A stretch of 53,887 nucleotides of DNA from Bacilli bacterium (GCA_036649855.1 JAVWAV010000004.1:23011-76897), one strand, 5' to 3'; positions 39,739 to 49,694 are shown, counted from the stretch's first letter. The notes: generated by a model not told the origin, from the sequence alone. Numbers and translations: made by a program.

Positions 39739-40350
39739 TTACTTACGTAATTCAGATACTTTGGTATATGTCTTCAATGATTGAATACCATTATGTGTTG
39801 CTCTGATAATATTGATTGGGGTTCTACTTCCATAAACTTTACTATAAACGTTTTTAACGCCAGCAAGTTCAAGAATTCTTCTAACTGGTCCACCAGCGAT
39901 AATTCCTGTACCTTCTTTAGCAGGTTTTAAGAAAACTTTTGTAGCACCAAATTTTCCAATGATTTCGTGTGGGATAGTATCTCCTTTAACAAGAGAAATA
40001 CGAAACATATTCTTTTTGGCTGCTTCAACTGCTTTTTTAATTGCATCTGGTACTTCAGCAGCTTTGCCTAAACCAAATCCATATCTACCTTTCTTATCGC
40101 CAATGACGACAAGGGCGCTGAATTTCATCTTTCTACCACCTTTTACAGTCTTACAGACTCTATTGATGGAGACGACTACTTCCTCAAACTCTTTTACTCT
40201 TGGTGCTCTATCGAACTTTTTGCCAAATTTACGATCACCTTTTTTAAAAGGTGGTCTTTTTTTCTCAACTTCGGCTTTTATTTCTTCTGGAGCTTGTGTG
40301 TCTTCAGTAACTATTTCTTCAACAGTTTCAATTGTGTTTTCTTCTAACAT
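39739..40350 (-). CDS. rpsE: 30S ribosomal protein S5 with an acidic N-terminal extension
   Basis: 203 aa. The conserved core starts near [18 protein letters not shown]. About 45 additional N-terminal residues are Glu/Thr/Lys-rich. A strong SD AAGGAGGG precedes the ATG at 40350. Confidence 0.93.
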   Translation of the reverse strand: MLEENTIETVEEIVTEDTQAPEEIKAEVEKKRPPFKKGDRKFGKKFDRAPRVKEFEEVVVSINRVCKTVKGGRKMKFSALVVIGDKKGRYGFGLGKAAEVPDAIKKAVEAAKKNMFRISLVKGDTIPHEIIGKFGATKVFLKPAKEGTGIIAGGPVRRILELAGVKNVYSKVYGSRTPINIIRATHNGIQSLKTYTKVSELRK

Positions 40351-40361
40351 ATTTCCCTCCT

Positions 40362-40718
40362 TTAAAACTCTAAGCCGTTTTCTCTTGCTGCTTCAGCAAG
40401 AAATTTTACTCTACCATGATAGACGTATCCACCACGATCGAATACTACTTTTTTAATATTAAGTGCAACTGCTTTCTTTGCAATATCTGCGCCGACTGCT
40501 TTTGCTGCTTCAATATTTGAACCATTTTCAAGTTTCAATTGAGCACTTGAAGAGGAACATAATGTAATTTTTTTGCCATCATCGATAAGTTGTGCTTCGA
40601 TATTAGCATTACTTCTAAATACGCAAAGTCTTGGAGATTCTGATGTTCCGCTGATCTTTGCTCTCACACGTAAATGTTTACGAGCTCTGACGACTTGTCT
40701 TGATTCTTTATTAATCAT
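40362..40718 (-). CDS. rplR: 50S ribosomal protein L18
   Basis: 118 aa. Typical L18 with a C-terminus containing [18 protein letters not shown]. Confidence 0.96.
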   Translation of the reverse strand: MINKESRQVVRARKHLRVRAKISGTSESPRLCVFRSNANIEAQLIDDGKKITLCSSSSAQLKLENGSNIEAAKAVGADIAKKAVALNIKKVVFDRGGYVYHGRVKFLAEAARENGLEF

Positions 40719-40733
40719 TACTCTTTACCTCCC

Positions 40734-41273
40734 CTACTTCTTAGCTGAAGCACGTTTACCTTCTTTACGAATTATGTGCTCGCCAACGTATTTAATACCT
40801 TTGCCCTTGTATGGTTCAGGTCTTCTGACATCTCTAATTCTTGCAGCGATTTCGCCAACATGTTCTTTATTGATACCAGTAATTTTAACTTTTGTCACAT
40901 CTGGTGTTTCAATTTTAACGCCAGATAATGGTTCGATAACAACTTCATGACTATAGCCCATGTTAAGTACAATATTTGCACCTCTCATCGAAGCTCTATA
41001 ACCAATACCGACGATCTCAAGATTTTTTTCAAAACCTGCTGATACTCCAACAACCGCATTATTTAATAATGCACGTGTTGTGCCGTGTAGTGCTTTATAG
41101 GAATCATTTTTACGAGTAATAATGATTACATTGTCTTTTTCTTCAAAATAGATGCCTTCTGGTAAGGTTAAGTGTAATTCACCTAATTTACCTTTTACAT
41201 CGATATCGTTACCTTTAATGCTAACTACTACGCCTTCAGGTAAAATAATATGTTTATTTCCAATTCTTGACAT
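40734..41273 (-). CDS. rplF: 50S ribosomal protein L6
   Basis: The canonical MSRIGNK start is at the ATG at 41273, preceded by the SD GGGAGAG. The ORF-track start at 41291 would overlap rpsH and add 6 residues. Confidence 0.94.
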   Translation of the reverse strand: MSRIGNKHIILPEGVVVSIKGNDIDVKGKLGELHLTLPEGIYFEEKDNVIIITRKNDSYKALHGTTRALLNNAVVGVSAGFEKNLEIVGIGYRASMRGANIVLNMGYSHEVVIEPLSGVKIETPDVTKVKITGINKEHVGEIAARIRDVRRPEPYKGKGIKYVGEHIIRKEGKRASAKK

Positions 41274-41284
41274 ATTTCTCTCCC

Positions 41285-41677
41285 TTACCAAATATAGGCT
41301 ACGACTTCACCGCCGATACCTAATTTACGTGCTTTTGCATCACTCATCATACCTTGTGAGGTAGAGATAATAGCAATTCCTAATCCTCTTAATACTCTTG
41401 GAAGTCTTTCAACTCCAACTGTAACTCTAAGACCTGGTTTTGATATTTTCTTTAATCCACTAATAACTTTTTCAGCATTAGCACCATATTTTAATGTAAT
41501 AGTTAATTCTTTTTTAATGTCACCTTCAACGTTATATCCTCTAATAAAGCCTTCCTCAACAAGGATTTTGGCTATTTCGACTTTCTGACGGCTTGAAGGC
41601 ATTTTAACTGAATCATGACGTAAAGCATTTGCGTTACGGATTCTTGTAAGCATATCTGCTATTGGATCGTTAATCAT
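41285..41677 (-). CDS. rpsH: 30S ribosomal protein S8
   Basis: 130 aa. It starts [16 protein letters not shown]. Confidence 0.97.
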   Translation of the reverse strand: MINDPIADMLTRIRNANALRHDSVKMPSSRQKVEIAKILVEEGFIRGYNVEGDIKKELTITLKYGANAEKVISGLKKISKPGLRVTVGVERLPRVLRGLGIAIISTSQGMMSDAKARKLGIGGEVVAYIW

Positions 41678-41690
41678 TTATATTTCCTCC

Positions 41691-41876
41691 TTACCAACTT
41701 GATTTCTTCATGCCAGGAATTTCGCCCTTATAGGCTAATTCTCTAAGGCATATACGACATAACTTGAATTTGCTATAGACAGCGTGAGGACGTCCACAAC
41801 GTTGACAACGTGTATATTCTTGTACTTTAAACTTCTTAGGTCTTGCAGCACTTATTACTTTACTTGTTTTTGCCAT
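41691..41876 (-). CDS. rpsN: 30S ribosomal protein S14, short zinc-binding (type Z) form
   Basis: 61 aa with the CQRCGRP...CRIC motif. Confidence 0.95.
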   Translation of the reverse strand: MAKTSKVISAARPKKFKVQEYTRCQRCGRPHAVYSKFKLCRICLRELAYKGEIPGMKKSSW

Positions 41877-41888
41877 ATCATGTTCTCC

Positions 41889-42665
41889 TTACTTGGTAGC
41901 AAATGGCATACCTAATAACTTAAGTAATTCAAATGCTTCTTCATCTGTTTTAGCAGTGGTAACAACAACAATGTCCATACCACGAATCTTTGTAACTTTG
42001 TCATAATCGATTTCTGGGAAAATTAATTGTTCTTTAACACCAAGTGTATAATTTCCGCGGCCATCAAATGCATTTTTAGAAATACCTCTGAAGTCACGAA
42101 CACGTGGAAGTGCAATAGTAACTAATTTATCGAAGAATGCGTACATTCTTTCACCTCTAAGAGTGACTTTACATCCGATTGCGACATTTTCTCTTAATTT
42201 AAAGTTAGCAATTGATTTTTTAGACTTGGTTGTTACTGGATGTTGTCCTGTAATAATAGCTAATTCACTAACTGCTTCATCTAATACTTTTGGATTATTT
42301 GCGGCTTCACCGACACCGATATTGATAACAACTTTTTCAAGGTGTGGAACTTGCATAATTGATTTATAGTTAAATTTTTCAACCATGGCTTTGCTAACTT
42401 CACCTTTAAATTTTGCTTCTAGACGATTTGTGTTAACTGCAACTTTATTACCTTTAGCTTCTTTTGCTTTGACTTTTGCTTCAACCTTTACTGTTTCAGC
42501 TTGAACTGATTCAGCTTTTGGAGCAACTTTCTTAGCAGCTGGTTTTTTTGGAGCACTTTTTACTTCGGTTGCAGAATCTGCAACTTTAGCAGCTGGTGCA
42601 GCTTTTTTAGCTGGAGCTTTAGCAGCAACTGGTTTTTTTACAACTTCTGTTTTAATTTCTTCCAT
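41889..42665 (-). CDS. rplE: 50S ribosomal protein L5 with a ~78-aa Lys/Ala/Pro/Val-rich N-terminal extension
   Basis: 258 aa. The conserved core starts at [11 protein letters not shown]. There is no in-frame ATG, GTG or TTG near the canonical start. The SD AAAGGAG lies 9 nt before the ATG at 42665. Confidence 0.92.
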   Translation of the reverse strand: MEEIKTEVVKKPVAAKAPAKKAAPAAKVADSATEVKSAPKKPAAKKVAPKAESVQAETVKVEAKVKAKEAKGNKVAVNTNRLEAKFKGEVSKAMVEKFNYKSIMQVPHLEKVVINIGVGEAANNPKVLDEAVSELAIITGQHPVTTKSKKSIANFKLRENVAIGCKVTLRGERMYAFFDKLVTIALPRVRDFRGISKNAFDGRGNYTLGVKEQLIFPEIDYDKVTKIRGMDIVVVTTAKTDEEAFELLKLLGMPFATK

Positions 42666-42682
42666 TACTTTTTGCTCCTTTC

Positions 42683-43006
42683 TTAGTCAAGAACAGAGTT
42701 AGATTTCTTAGCGATTCTAACTTTGCTGACCTTTCCTGCTTTATCGGTTTTAAATGTATATCCAACACGGGTAACTTTCTTAGTTTTAGGATCGATGAGC
42801 ATAACATTGCTAACATCAATTGGAGTATAAATATCTAAGACTGAACCTTCTGGATTTTGTTGTGTTGGTTTTTTGTGTTTTTTATGAACACTAACACCTT
42901 CAATAACAACTTTGTTTAACTTTGGGAATGCCTTTTGAACAATTCCTTCCTTGCCTTTATCAGCACCGGAGATGACTTTTACTTTATCGCCTTTTTTGAT
43001 TTTCAT
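42683..43006 (-). CDS. rplX: 50S ribosomal protein L24
   Basis: 107 aa with the KOW motif [21 protein letters not shown]. Confidence 0.96.
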   Translation of the reverse strand: MKIKKGDKVKVISGADKGKEGIVQKAFPKLNKVVIEGVSVHKKHKKPTQQNPEGSVLDIYTPIDVSNVMLIDPKTKKVTRVGYTFKTDKAGKVSKVRIAKKSNSVLD

Positions 43007-43025
43007 AAATTTTTACCTCCAATCC

Positions 43026-43400
43026 TTATAAAACTTCTGGTGCTAAGGAAATAATCTTCATAAATCCCTCGCCCTTGTCTCTTAATTCTCTTGCGACTGG
43101 TCCAAAGACACGGGTGCCTCTTGGTGAACCATCTTCATTAATAACAACACAAGCGTTATCATCAAATCTAATTGTGGAACCATCTGCTCTAAGAACAGGA
43201 TATTTGGTTCTGACAACGACGACTTTAACGATATCACCTTTTTTAATTTTGCCATTTGGTGCAGCTTCTTTGACTGCGCAAAGAACGATATCACCAACTG
43301 AACTTGATCTTCTAATAGATCCGCCGAATAAACGGAAAACTCTTACAGCTCTAGCTCCAGAGTTATCGGCGACTACTAAATTTGTTTCTGTTTGAATCAT
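43026..43400 (-). CDS. rplN: 50S ribosomal protein L14
   Basis: 124 aa. It starts [16 protein letters not shown]. Confidence 0.97.
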   Translation of the reverse strand: MIQTETNLVVADNSGARAVRVFRLFGGSIRRSSSVGDIVLCAVKEAAPNGKIKKGDIVKVVVVRTKYPVLRADGSTIRFDDNACVVINEDGSPRGTRVFGPVARELRDKGEGFMKIISLAPEVL

Positions 43401-43413
43401 TTTATTGTCCTCC

Positions 43414-43737
43414 CTATTTCTCTACAGCTTCGGCTTCTGCTAAAATTTCAGCAACTTCTTCTTTGGCTTCTTTAATAGATTCAAGATGGACTCTATCAAT
43501 AGAAACAAGTCTCCATTTCTTTGTTTTAGAAAGTCTTCTAGTTTCCATAATGGTAACTTTATCTCCGACTTTTGCTTCATTGTTTTCATCATGAGCATAA
43601 TATTTTTTCGAATATTGGACTCTTTTTCCATACTTTGGATGCTTTTTGTGAGTTTCAACTAAAACGATGATTGTTTTATCATTTTTGTCAGAAACTACGA
43701 CGCCTGTAACGTCTCTTCTTAAATTTCTTTCTTCCAT
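43414..43737 (-). CDS. rpsQ: 30S ribosomal protein S17 (with ~20 aa acidic C-terminal tail)
   Basis: 107 aa. It has an S17 core ([14 protein letters not shown]...), then the tail [22 protein letters not shown]. Confidence 0.94.
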   Translation of the reverse strand: MEERNLRRDVTGVVVSDKNDKTIIVLVETHKKHPKYGKRVQYSKKYYAHDENNEAKVGDKVTIMETRRLSKTKKWRLVSIDRVHLESIKEAKEEVAEILAEAEAVEK

Positions 43738-43748
43738 TTTAGTTCTCC

Positions 43749-43946
43749 TTATTTAATTCCTAACTCACGTTCTCTTTTAACAGTGTTAATGCGAGCGATA
43801 TCTTTTCTTATTGTTCTAATTTGTTCAGCGTGCTCTAATTGGCCAACTGCCTTCTTACGACGAAGGTGGAACAATTCTTCCTTGAGTAAGTAAACTTTTT
43901 GGTTAAGTTCTTCATCAGTTAAATTTTTTATTTCATCAATTTTCAT
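43749..43946 (-). CDS. rpmC: 50S ribosomal protein L29
   Basis: 65 aa. It starts [17 protein letters not shown]. Confidence 0.95.
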   Translation of the reverse strand: MKIDEIKNLTDEELNQKVYLLKEELFHLRRKKAVGQLEHAEQIRTIRKDIARINTVKRERELGIK

Positions 43947-43949
43947 AAC

Positions 43950-44360
43950 TTACTCTCCTTTCTTTACGATCTTACATTTGATTGGAAGTTTGTAAGCACT
44001 AAGACGTAATGCTTCAACAGCATCAGCCTCTGGTACTCCACCAATTTCAAACATAATTCTTCCAGTTTTGACAACTGCGACCCAGTATTCTGGATTACCT
44101 TTTCCAGAACCCATACGGACTTCAGCTGGTTTTTTTGTTTTTGCTAAATGTGGGAATATACGAATCCAAATTTGACCACTTCTTTTTGTATATCTTGATA
44201 AAACGATACGAGCAGATTCAATTTGTCTTGCACTGATCCATGCGCCCTCAACTGCTTGAAGACCATATTCACCAAAAGCTACTGTGGTACCTGATTTTGA
44301 TTTACCTTCATATCTAATAATATGAGGGCGTCTATACTTTACTCTTTTTGGTTGTAACAT
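43950..44360 (-). CDS. rplP: 50S ribosomal protein L16
   Basis: 136 aa. It starts [11 protein letters not shown]. Confidence 0.97.
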   Translation of the reverse strand: MLQPKRVKYRRPHIIRYEGKSKSGTTVAFGEYGLQAVEGAWISARQIESARIVLSRYTKRSGQIWIRIFPHLAKTKKPAEVRMGSGKGNPEYWVAVVKTGRIMFEIGGVPEADAVEALRLSAYKLPIKCKIVKKGE

Positions 44361-44365
44361 AGATC

Positions 44366-45040
44366 CTATTCTCCTTCCTTGACTACTTTCTTAGGTTTAG
44401 TTGCATATTCACCACGGCAAATCCAAACTTTAACGCCTAATTTACCATAAGTGGTTGCAGCTTCAGCAAGTGCATAGTCAATATCACTTTTTAAGGTATG
44501 AAGAGGTACAATACCATCTTTATAGCCTTCACTACGTGCAATTTCAGCTCCGCCAAGGCGTCCTGAAACTTCAGTTTTAATTCCTTTTGCGCCCGATTTC
44601 TTAACTAATTGAATAGCTTTCTTTTGAGCGATTCTAAACGAAACTCTTTCTTCTAATGATTTTGCAATCATTTGAGCAACAAGATTTGCGTCTAGATTTG
44701 GATTCTTAACTTCAATAACGTCTATTTTAACAATTCCTGTTTTAACAAGTTTTGCTAATGTTTTCTTTAATAGATTAATTCTTGCGCCATCTTGTCCAAT
44801 AACAACACCTGGACGAGCAACGAAGATAAGAATTGAAACGATATGGCCTTTGTCAGATTTTACTCTTTCAATTTCAACGTGTGAAAGTAAGGCATCTTTT
44901 AATTCTTTGGTTAAGAATTGTCTAATTTTTAAATCTTCTAATAAGTAAGTTGAGAAATCTTTATCGTTAGCGAACCAACGTGTAGACCAATCTCTATTGA
45001 TTCCAATTCTCATTCCAACTGGATTAACTTTTTGTCCCAT
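44366..45040 (-). CDS. rpsC: 30S ribosomal protein S3
   Basis: 224 aa. It starts [13 protein letters not shown]. Confidence 0.97.
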   Translation of the reverse strand: MGQKVNPVGMRIGINRDWSTRWFANDKDFSTYLLEDLKIRQFLTKELKDALLSHVEIERVKSDKGHIVSILIFVARPGVVIGQDGARINLLKKTLAKLVKTGIVKIDVIEVKNPNLDANLVAQMIAKSLEERVSFRIAQKKAIQLVKKSGAKGIKTEVSGRLGGAEIARSEGYKDGIVPLHTLKSDIDYALAEAATTYGKLGVKVWICRGEYATKPKKVVKEGE

Positions 45041-45054
45041 TTGTGATTTCCCTC

Positions 45055-45579
45055 CTATCTTTCAGCCACAACGCAGATAACGTGAGAGGATCTTTTAACA
45101 ATTCCACTTGCACTACCTTTTGCTCTTGGCATAAATCTTTTCATTCTTAAGCCATCGTTGGCATAAATTTCTTTAATGAATAATTTGTCTCCATCAAGAT
45201 TATGGTTGTTAGTGGCATTTGCAGCAGCACTTTTTACAACCTTTAATACTGGTAATGAAGCAGCTTTATTTAAGTTTGTTAAGATAGCAATTGCTTCCTC
45301 AACTGACTTACCTCTAATTAAATCAAGAACCAATCTTACTTTACGTGGAGTGACCTTCACGTTTGTAGCAATTGCTTTTGCTTCAGTTACAGGAGCTTTT
45401 AATTCAACTTCTTTTTTAGCTTTCTTTGGAGCAACAGCGACTTCTTCAACTTTTTTTGAAGCTTTCTTTGTTGCTTTCTTTGTTGCTTTTTCTGCTTTAG
45501 GAGCGACTTCAGCAGTTTCAACTTCTATTTTAGCTACTTCTTCTTTTTTAGCTTTAGTAGCGGTTTTCTTCTCTGCCAT
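45055..45579 (-). CDS. rplV: 50S ribosomal protein L22 with a ~60-aa Lys/Ala/Glu-rich N-terminal extension
   Basis: 174 aa. The conserved core starts at [15 protein letters not shown]. The ATG at 45579 overlaps the rpsS stop (TAATG) and is preceded by the SD AGGAGG. An in-frame GTG lies just before the core (NVKVTPRK) but has no SD. Confidence 0.9.
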   Translation of the reverse strand: MAEKKTATKAKKEEVAKIEVETAEVAPKAEKATKKATKKASKKVEEVAVAPKKAKKEVELKAPVTEAKAIATNVKVTPRKVRLVLDLIRGKSVEEAIAILTNLNKAASLPVLKVVKSAAANATNNHNLDGDKLFIKEIYANDGLRMKRFMPRAKGSASGIVKRSSHVICVVAER

Positions 45580-45878
45580 TATTTCTTTCCTCCTGCAGCT
45601 GCTGCTTTATCTTCAGCAGTATGTCCATTGTGACCTTTGAACGTTCTTGTAGGTGCAAATTCGCCTAATTTATGACCAACCATATCTTCAGTTACATAAA
45701 CTGTAATATGAGTACGGCCGTTATAAACTGCAAAGGTGTGCTCTACAAATGATGGGAAGATCGTTGATCTTCTTGACCAAGTCTTAATAACTTCTTTTTT
45801 ACCGGCGACATTTAACTTATCAACCTTATTTAATAAGTGTTGATCAGCAAATGGTCCCTTTTTTAAACTTCTAGCCAT
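45579..45878 (-). CDS. rpsS: 30S ribosomal protein S19
   Basis: 99 aa. It starts [10 protein letters not shown] and has a short Ala/Gly/Lys C-terminal tail. Confidence 0.97.
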   Translation of the reverse strand: MARSLKKGPFADQHLLNKVDKLNVAGKKEVIKTWSRRSTIFPSFVEHTFAVYNGRTHITVYVTEDMVGHKLGEFAPTRTFKGHNGHTAEDKAAAAGGKK

Positions 45879-45898
45879 TTATAAATTCTCCTTTACCT

Positions 45899-46741
45899 TT
45901 ATTTATCATTTACTCTTCTGATGATTAATCTAGATGAGTTTTGTTGATGTCTACGAGTCTTAACTCCAAGTGCACGTTTGCCCCATGGTGTTCTTGGTGC
46001 GTCACGTCCGATTGGACATTTACCTTCACCACCACCGTGTGGGTGATCACATGGGTTCATTGCGGAACCTCTAACTGTTGGACGCATTCCTAACCAACGA
46101 TTTTTACCAGCTTTACCTAATTTAACAAGGCTGTGATCGATGTTTCCGACAACTCCAACTGTAGCTCTACATGCTCCTAAGACTTTTCTTGTTTCACCCG
46201 ATTGAAGTCTAAGGATAACGTATGCTCCTTCTTTTCCTAATACTTGAGCACTACTTCCAGCAGCACGGCACATTTGTCCGCCCTTAAGTGGCATTAATTC
46301 AATATTATGAACTCTTGTACCTTCTGGGATGTTGGATAATAGCATTGCGTTTCCGATTTTAACGTCACATGCTTCTTCACCTGAAGAGATAAGTTTATCT
46401 CCGACTTTGAGGTCGAGTGGAGCAATGATATAACGTTTTTCACCGTCTACATAGTTTAATAAAGCAATATTTGCAGTTCTGTTTGGATCGTATTCGATAC
46501 TAACAACTGTTGCAGGGATATTGATTTTATTTCTTTTAAAATCGATTATTCTATACTTTCTTTTATGTCCGCCACCAATGTGTCTTGTTGTAATAACACC
46601 TTGGTTATTACGACCACCAGTTTTTGATAAACTTACTGTAAGTGATTTCTCAGGAGCGTTATTTTTTGTTATTTCTTCGAAAGTTAGATTAGTCATGTTA
46701 CGACGTGATTTAGTCGTAGGTTTATATGTTCTAATTGGCAT
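45899..46741 (-). CDS. rplB: 50S ribosomal protein L2
   Basis: 280 aa. It has a GGGHKRKYR block and a HPHGGGEG block. Confidence 0.98.
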   Translation of the reverse strand: MPIRTYKPTTKSRRNMTNLTFEEITKNNAPEKSLTVSLSKTGGRNNQGVITTRHIGGGHKRKYRIIDFKRNKINIPATVVSIEYDPNRTANIALLNYVDGEKRYIIAPLDLKVGDKLISSGEEACDVKIGNAMLLSNIPEGTRVHNIELMPLKGGQMCRAAGSSAQVLGKEGAYVILRLQSGETRKVLGACRATVGVVGNIDHSLVKLGKAGKNRWLGMRPTVRGSAMNPCDHPHGGGEGKCPIGRDAPRTPWGKRALGVKTRRHQQNSSRLIIRRVNDK

Positions 46742-46773
46742 TTTTCTTTCTCCTATATTTTCCTATATTGTGA

Positions 46774-46810
46774 ATAATAATGAACGCGTACGTACGCGGG
46801 CGTTATTATT
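46774..46810. repeat. GC-rich perfect palindrome CGCGTACGTACGCG with AT-rich flanking arms in the rplW-rplB spacer
   Basis: The 14-nt self-complementary core lies at 46785-46798. The flanking AATAA / TTATT arms extend the potential hairpin. It sits in an unusually long 64-nt spacer inside the S10 operon. Confidence 0.8.
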
Positions 46811-47138
46811 CCTTGAATAGGTCAATTGCTTGACCTTCAGCAACTGTAACAATTGCTTTTTTGTATGCACCGATGAAACCTTTATATTTTCCACCGCGTG
46901 TTGTTGATTTTGCAACTACGTTTGTAATAGCTACAGAATTAACTTTTACATTGAAGATCTTTTCAAAAGCAATTCTAATTTGTATCTTATTTGCATTTGG
47001 CTTAACTTCTAATGTGACTTTATTTTCTTCTTGCATTGCCTTCATGGATTTTTCAGTAATGATTGGACGAATGATTACATCAAAGTCATGAATTGAAGCA
47101 GTTGATTTTACTGCTTCTGCTTTTTTTGTACGTGCCAT
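46806..47138 (-). CDS. rplW: 50S ribosomal protein L23
   Basis: 110 aa. The core starts near DVIIRPIITEKS, with ~14 extra N-terminal residues. Confidence 0.94.
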   Translation of the reverse strand: MARTKKAEAVKSTASIHDFDVIIRPIITEKSMKAMQEENKVTLEVKPNANKIQIRIAFEKIFNVKVNSVAITNVVAKSTTRGGKYKGFIGAYKKAIVTVAEGQAIDLFKE

Positions 47139-47764
47139 TATGCTAAAGCCTCCTCAATATTCTTAATTTCTTCAACTGTAGCAACAAGATAATCGACATT
47201 TAATAATTCGTAGACGCAAACGTTTGTTGCTTCTCTTACCATTACAAAGTCTAAATTTCTTGCTCCTAAGGCTAAGTCGGCATCACTTGTAACAAGTAAT
47301 ACTTTCTTATTTGCTCCGATTTTTTCTAACATTGCTTTAACAATTTTGGTTTTTGGTTCAACTTTAATTGAGTCAACTACGATTAAGCCATTTTCTGCTT
47401 TTAATGTAAGAGCAGACTTAAGTGCCAATAAATGTTCTTTCTTGTTTTGGGAAATCTTATAATTTTGAGTACCTGTTGGACCTAATGCTTGTCCACCGCC
47501 AACCCAAATTGGTGAGGTGTTAGAACCAGCACGTGCTCTACCTGTACCTTTTTGTCTCCATGGTTTCTTACCACCACCGGAAACTTCAGCTCTTGTTTTT
47601 GTCTTTGCAGTAGCTTGTCTTAAATTTGATTGATAAACTTGAACTGCATCGAACATTACTGATTTGTTAACTTTTACTCCAAATACTGAAGCATCAAGTC
47701 CCATTTCTGAGACATTCTCACCAGTTTGGGAGTAAACTTTAACGGTTATTGTTTTGTTTGCCAT
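47138..47764 (-). CDS. rplD: 50S ribosomal protein L4
   Basis: 208 aa with the GGGKKPWRQKGTGRAR block. Confidence 0.97.
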   Translation of the reverse strand: MANKTITVKVYSQTGENVSEMGLDASVFGVKVNKSVMFDAVQVYQSNLRQATAKTKTRAEVSGGGKKPWRQKGTGRARAGSNTSPIWVGGGQALGPTGTQNYKISQNKKEHLLALKSALTLKAENGLIVVDSIKVEPKTKIVKAMLEKIGANKKVLLVTSDADLALGARNLDFVMVREATNVCVYELLNVDYLVATVEEIKNIEEALA

Positions 47765-47781
47765 ATTTATTTTCTCCTAAC

Positions 47782-48495
47782 TTATTGAGCAGCTTCTGTT
47801 GCAGGAGCAGCTTCTACTTTTTCACTTCTATCGAGAATTGGTTTAACTACTTGTTTTTTACCAAATTGAGTTTTAGAAGCGGTTTTAATTGTAACGAATG
47901 ATTTCTTTGGTCCTGGAATTCCACCTTTAACTAAGATGTAACCCTTTTCTGCGGATGATTCAATAACTAATAAGTTTTGAACTGTTGCAGATAAGTGACC
48001 CATATGTCCAGGCATTCTTTTACCAGGAATGATACGGTTAGTACCAAGTCCAGTATTAGCAGCCGAACCTATTGTTCTATGAGCGCCAGATCCATGACCT
48101 TTTGGTCCAATCTTTTGATGCCATCTCTTAATTGGTCCAGCAAAGCCTCTACCTTTTGAAACTCCAACGACATCAACAATATCGCCAGCAGCAAATAGAT
48201 CTGCTTTAATTTCACTTCCAACGACGAATGATGCTAATTCATCACCCTTTACTTCAAATAAGTGTTTCTTTGGAGCAACATTTGCTTTTTCAAAGATTCC
48301 CTTTTCACATTTGTTTAATTTTGATTCTTTAGTATCTTCAACACCGACTTGAAGAGCGCTATATCCATCATGTTCAACTGTCTTTACTTGTGTAACGACG
48401 TTTGGAGTAACTTCAACAACTGTAACTGCATAAGATGTTCCATCTTCTGCAAAGACTTGGGTCATACCCATCTTGCGTCCTACGATTGATTTCAT
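47782..48495 (-). CDS. rplC: 50S ribosomal protein L3 (with ~25 aa C-terminal tail)
   Basis: 237 aa. It starts MKSIVGRKMGMTQVF. The extra tail is KKQVVKPILDRSEKVEAAPATEAAQ. Confidence 0.96.
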   Translation of the reverse strand: MKSIVGRKMGMTQVFAEDGTSYAVTVVEVTPNVVTQVKTVEHDGYSALQVGVEDTKESKLNKCEKGIFEKANVAPKKHLFEVKGDELASFVVGSEIKADLFAAGDIVDVVGVSKGRGFAGPIKRWHQKIGPKGHGSGAHRTIGSAANTGLGTNRIIPGKRMPGHMGHLSATVQNLLVIESSAEKGYILVKGGIPGPKKSFVTIKTASKTQFGKKQVVKPILDRSEKVEAAPATEAAQ

Positions 48496-48509
48496 TATTT
48501 TGTTCCTCC

Positions 48510-48824
48510 TTATAACTTGATGTCGATATCAACACCACTTGGAAGATCTAATCTTCTTAATAAGTCGATTGTCTCTTTTGTAGGATTGGTAATATCGATT
48601 AATCTTTTGTGAGTTCTAATCTCAAATTGTTCACGAGCATCTTTATATTTGTGAACTGCTCTTAATACCGTATAGACTTGTTTTTCGGTTGGGAGTGGGA
48701 CTGGTCCTACAACTCCTGCACCTGATTTTCTTGCTGCATCAACGATCTTACCAACACTAAGTTCTAAAACTTTTGCATCATAAGCTTGAAGACGTACGCG
48801 AATTTTCTTCTCTTGCTTAGCCAT
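48510..48824 (-). CDS. rpsJ: 30S ribosomal protein S10
   Basis: The canonical [16 protein letters not shown] start is at the ATG at 48824, 7 nt after the SD AGGAGG. The ORF-track start at 48845 adds 7 residues and overlaps the SD. Confidence 0.95.
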   Translation of the reverse strand: MAKQEKKIRVRLQAYDAKVLELSVGKIVDAARKSGAGVVGPVPLPTEKQVYTVLRAVHKYKDAREQFEIRTHKRLIDITNPTKETIDLLRRLDLPSGVDIDIKL

Positions 48825-48955
48825 GAATTTTCCTCCTATATACATAAACAGGGCTTATGTGTTTACCTCGCTCAGAACGAATTACCTGATCACCATTCAT
48901 GACAACGCCTGTCGGTGTATCAGCAACCTCGCACATCAACGTGAGAACACATGCT
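48825..48955 (-). promoter_or_regulatory. Structured, GC-enriched 5' leader of the S10 operon
   Basis: It is clearly more GC-rich than the other spacers. There is long-range complementarity between ATGTGTT near the 5' end and AACACAT near the SD. Internal hairpins are also present, for example CTCAC..GTGCGAG. Function is not established. Confidence 0.45.
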
Positions 48956-48960
48956 TTTAT

Positions 48961-48989
48961 ATTATATTTATATAGGGCTAATTAATCAA
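48961..48989 (-). promoter_or_regulatory. Sigma-A type promoter of the S10 operon
   Basis: The minus strand reads TTGATT (48984-48989), an exactly 17-nt spacer, then TATAAT (48961-48966). Confidence 0.6.
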
Positions 48990-49040
48990 CTAAATTCGCA
49001 ACTATTTTTAGGTATTTATCTATGTTTTAAGAATAAAAGG

Positions 49041-49694
49041 TTACTTCTGCTTATCTAGGCTGTTTTTAAGCGAAAATTGACAACCACAATACTCTTGAAT
49101 ATACATCTTCTTATCTTTGGCAATTTTCGTGCCGATTTCTCCGCCTGATTTCTTTTTAAAGTCACTATAAAAGTATTTTGTATGCTTGTTTTCTTTGACA
49201 AGTTCACGTCCGATCTCATTTAAAACTTCAGAACTTTTTTGACGAGATACACTCATTACTGTCGTAAAATAATCAAAATGTTTGAGTTCTGCATAGTTAT
49301 TGGCGTCTTTCATGCGTTTATAATAACAAATAAAACAACGTTTTTCTCCTTCTGGAAGATCCGCAAAAGGAAGAAGATCTTGAATGAAAGTATCGTTGTC
49401 GTAATCTGTATTTATAAGCTTAATATTAGTTTTATTTCTACTATTAAATTCGCTGATATAAGTAATTAATTCCTCTAATCTTTTGCCATATTCTTCGTAT
49501 GGAAAAATATTAGAATTATTAAAATAAACTGTAATATCGAAATATTTATATAACCAACTGAGTGGAAAAATAGGACAAACTCCACAGCATGCGTGGAGTA
49601 AAAGTGACGGTTTTACGCCACTTTTTTCTATTTTTCCCAGTTCATCAATTGATAATTGATAGTAATCACACTTTTCCATAAATAAACATTGCAT
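49041..49694 (-). CDS. queH: Epoxyqueuosine reductase QueH (DUF208 family)
   Basis: Conserved blocks are LLLHACCGVCP, CFICYYKRM and QEYCGCQFS. The start is ambiguous: TTG at 49700, ATG at 49694 or ATG at 49679. All three overlap the queA 3' end. Confidence 0.82.
   Translation of the reverse strand: MQCLFMEKCDYYQLSIDELGKIEKSGVKPSLLLHACCGVCPIFPLSWLYKYFDITVYFNNSNIFPYEEYGKRLEELITYISEFNSRNKTNIKLINTDYDNDTFIQDLLPFADLPEGEKRCFICYYKRMKDANNYAELKHFDYFTTVMSVSRQKSSEVLNEIGRELVKENKHTKYFYSDFKKKSGGEIGTKIAKDKKMYIQEYCGCQFSLKNSLDKQK

Noticed and set aside
41889-42665. The possibility that the long N-terminal extensions of L5, L22 and S5 are start-codon mis-annotations.
   Set aside because: For L5 and S5, no in-frame ATG, GTG or TTG exists near the canonical N-terminus. 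All three upstream starts have strong SDs or translational coupling, and the frames stay open through low-complexity sequence in an AT-rich genome. For L22, an SD-less internal GTG remains a minor alternative and is noted in the finding.
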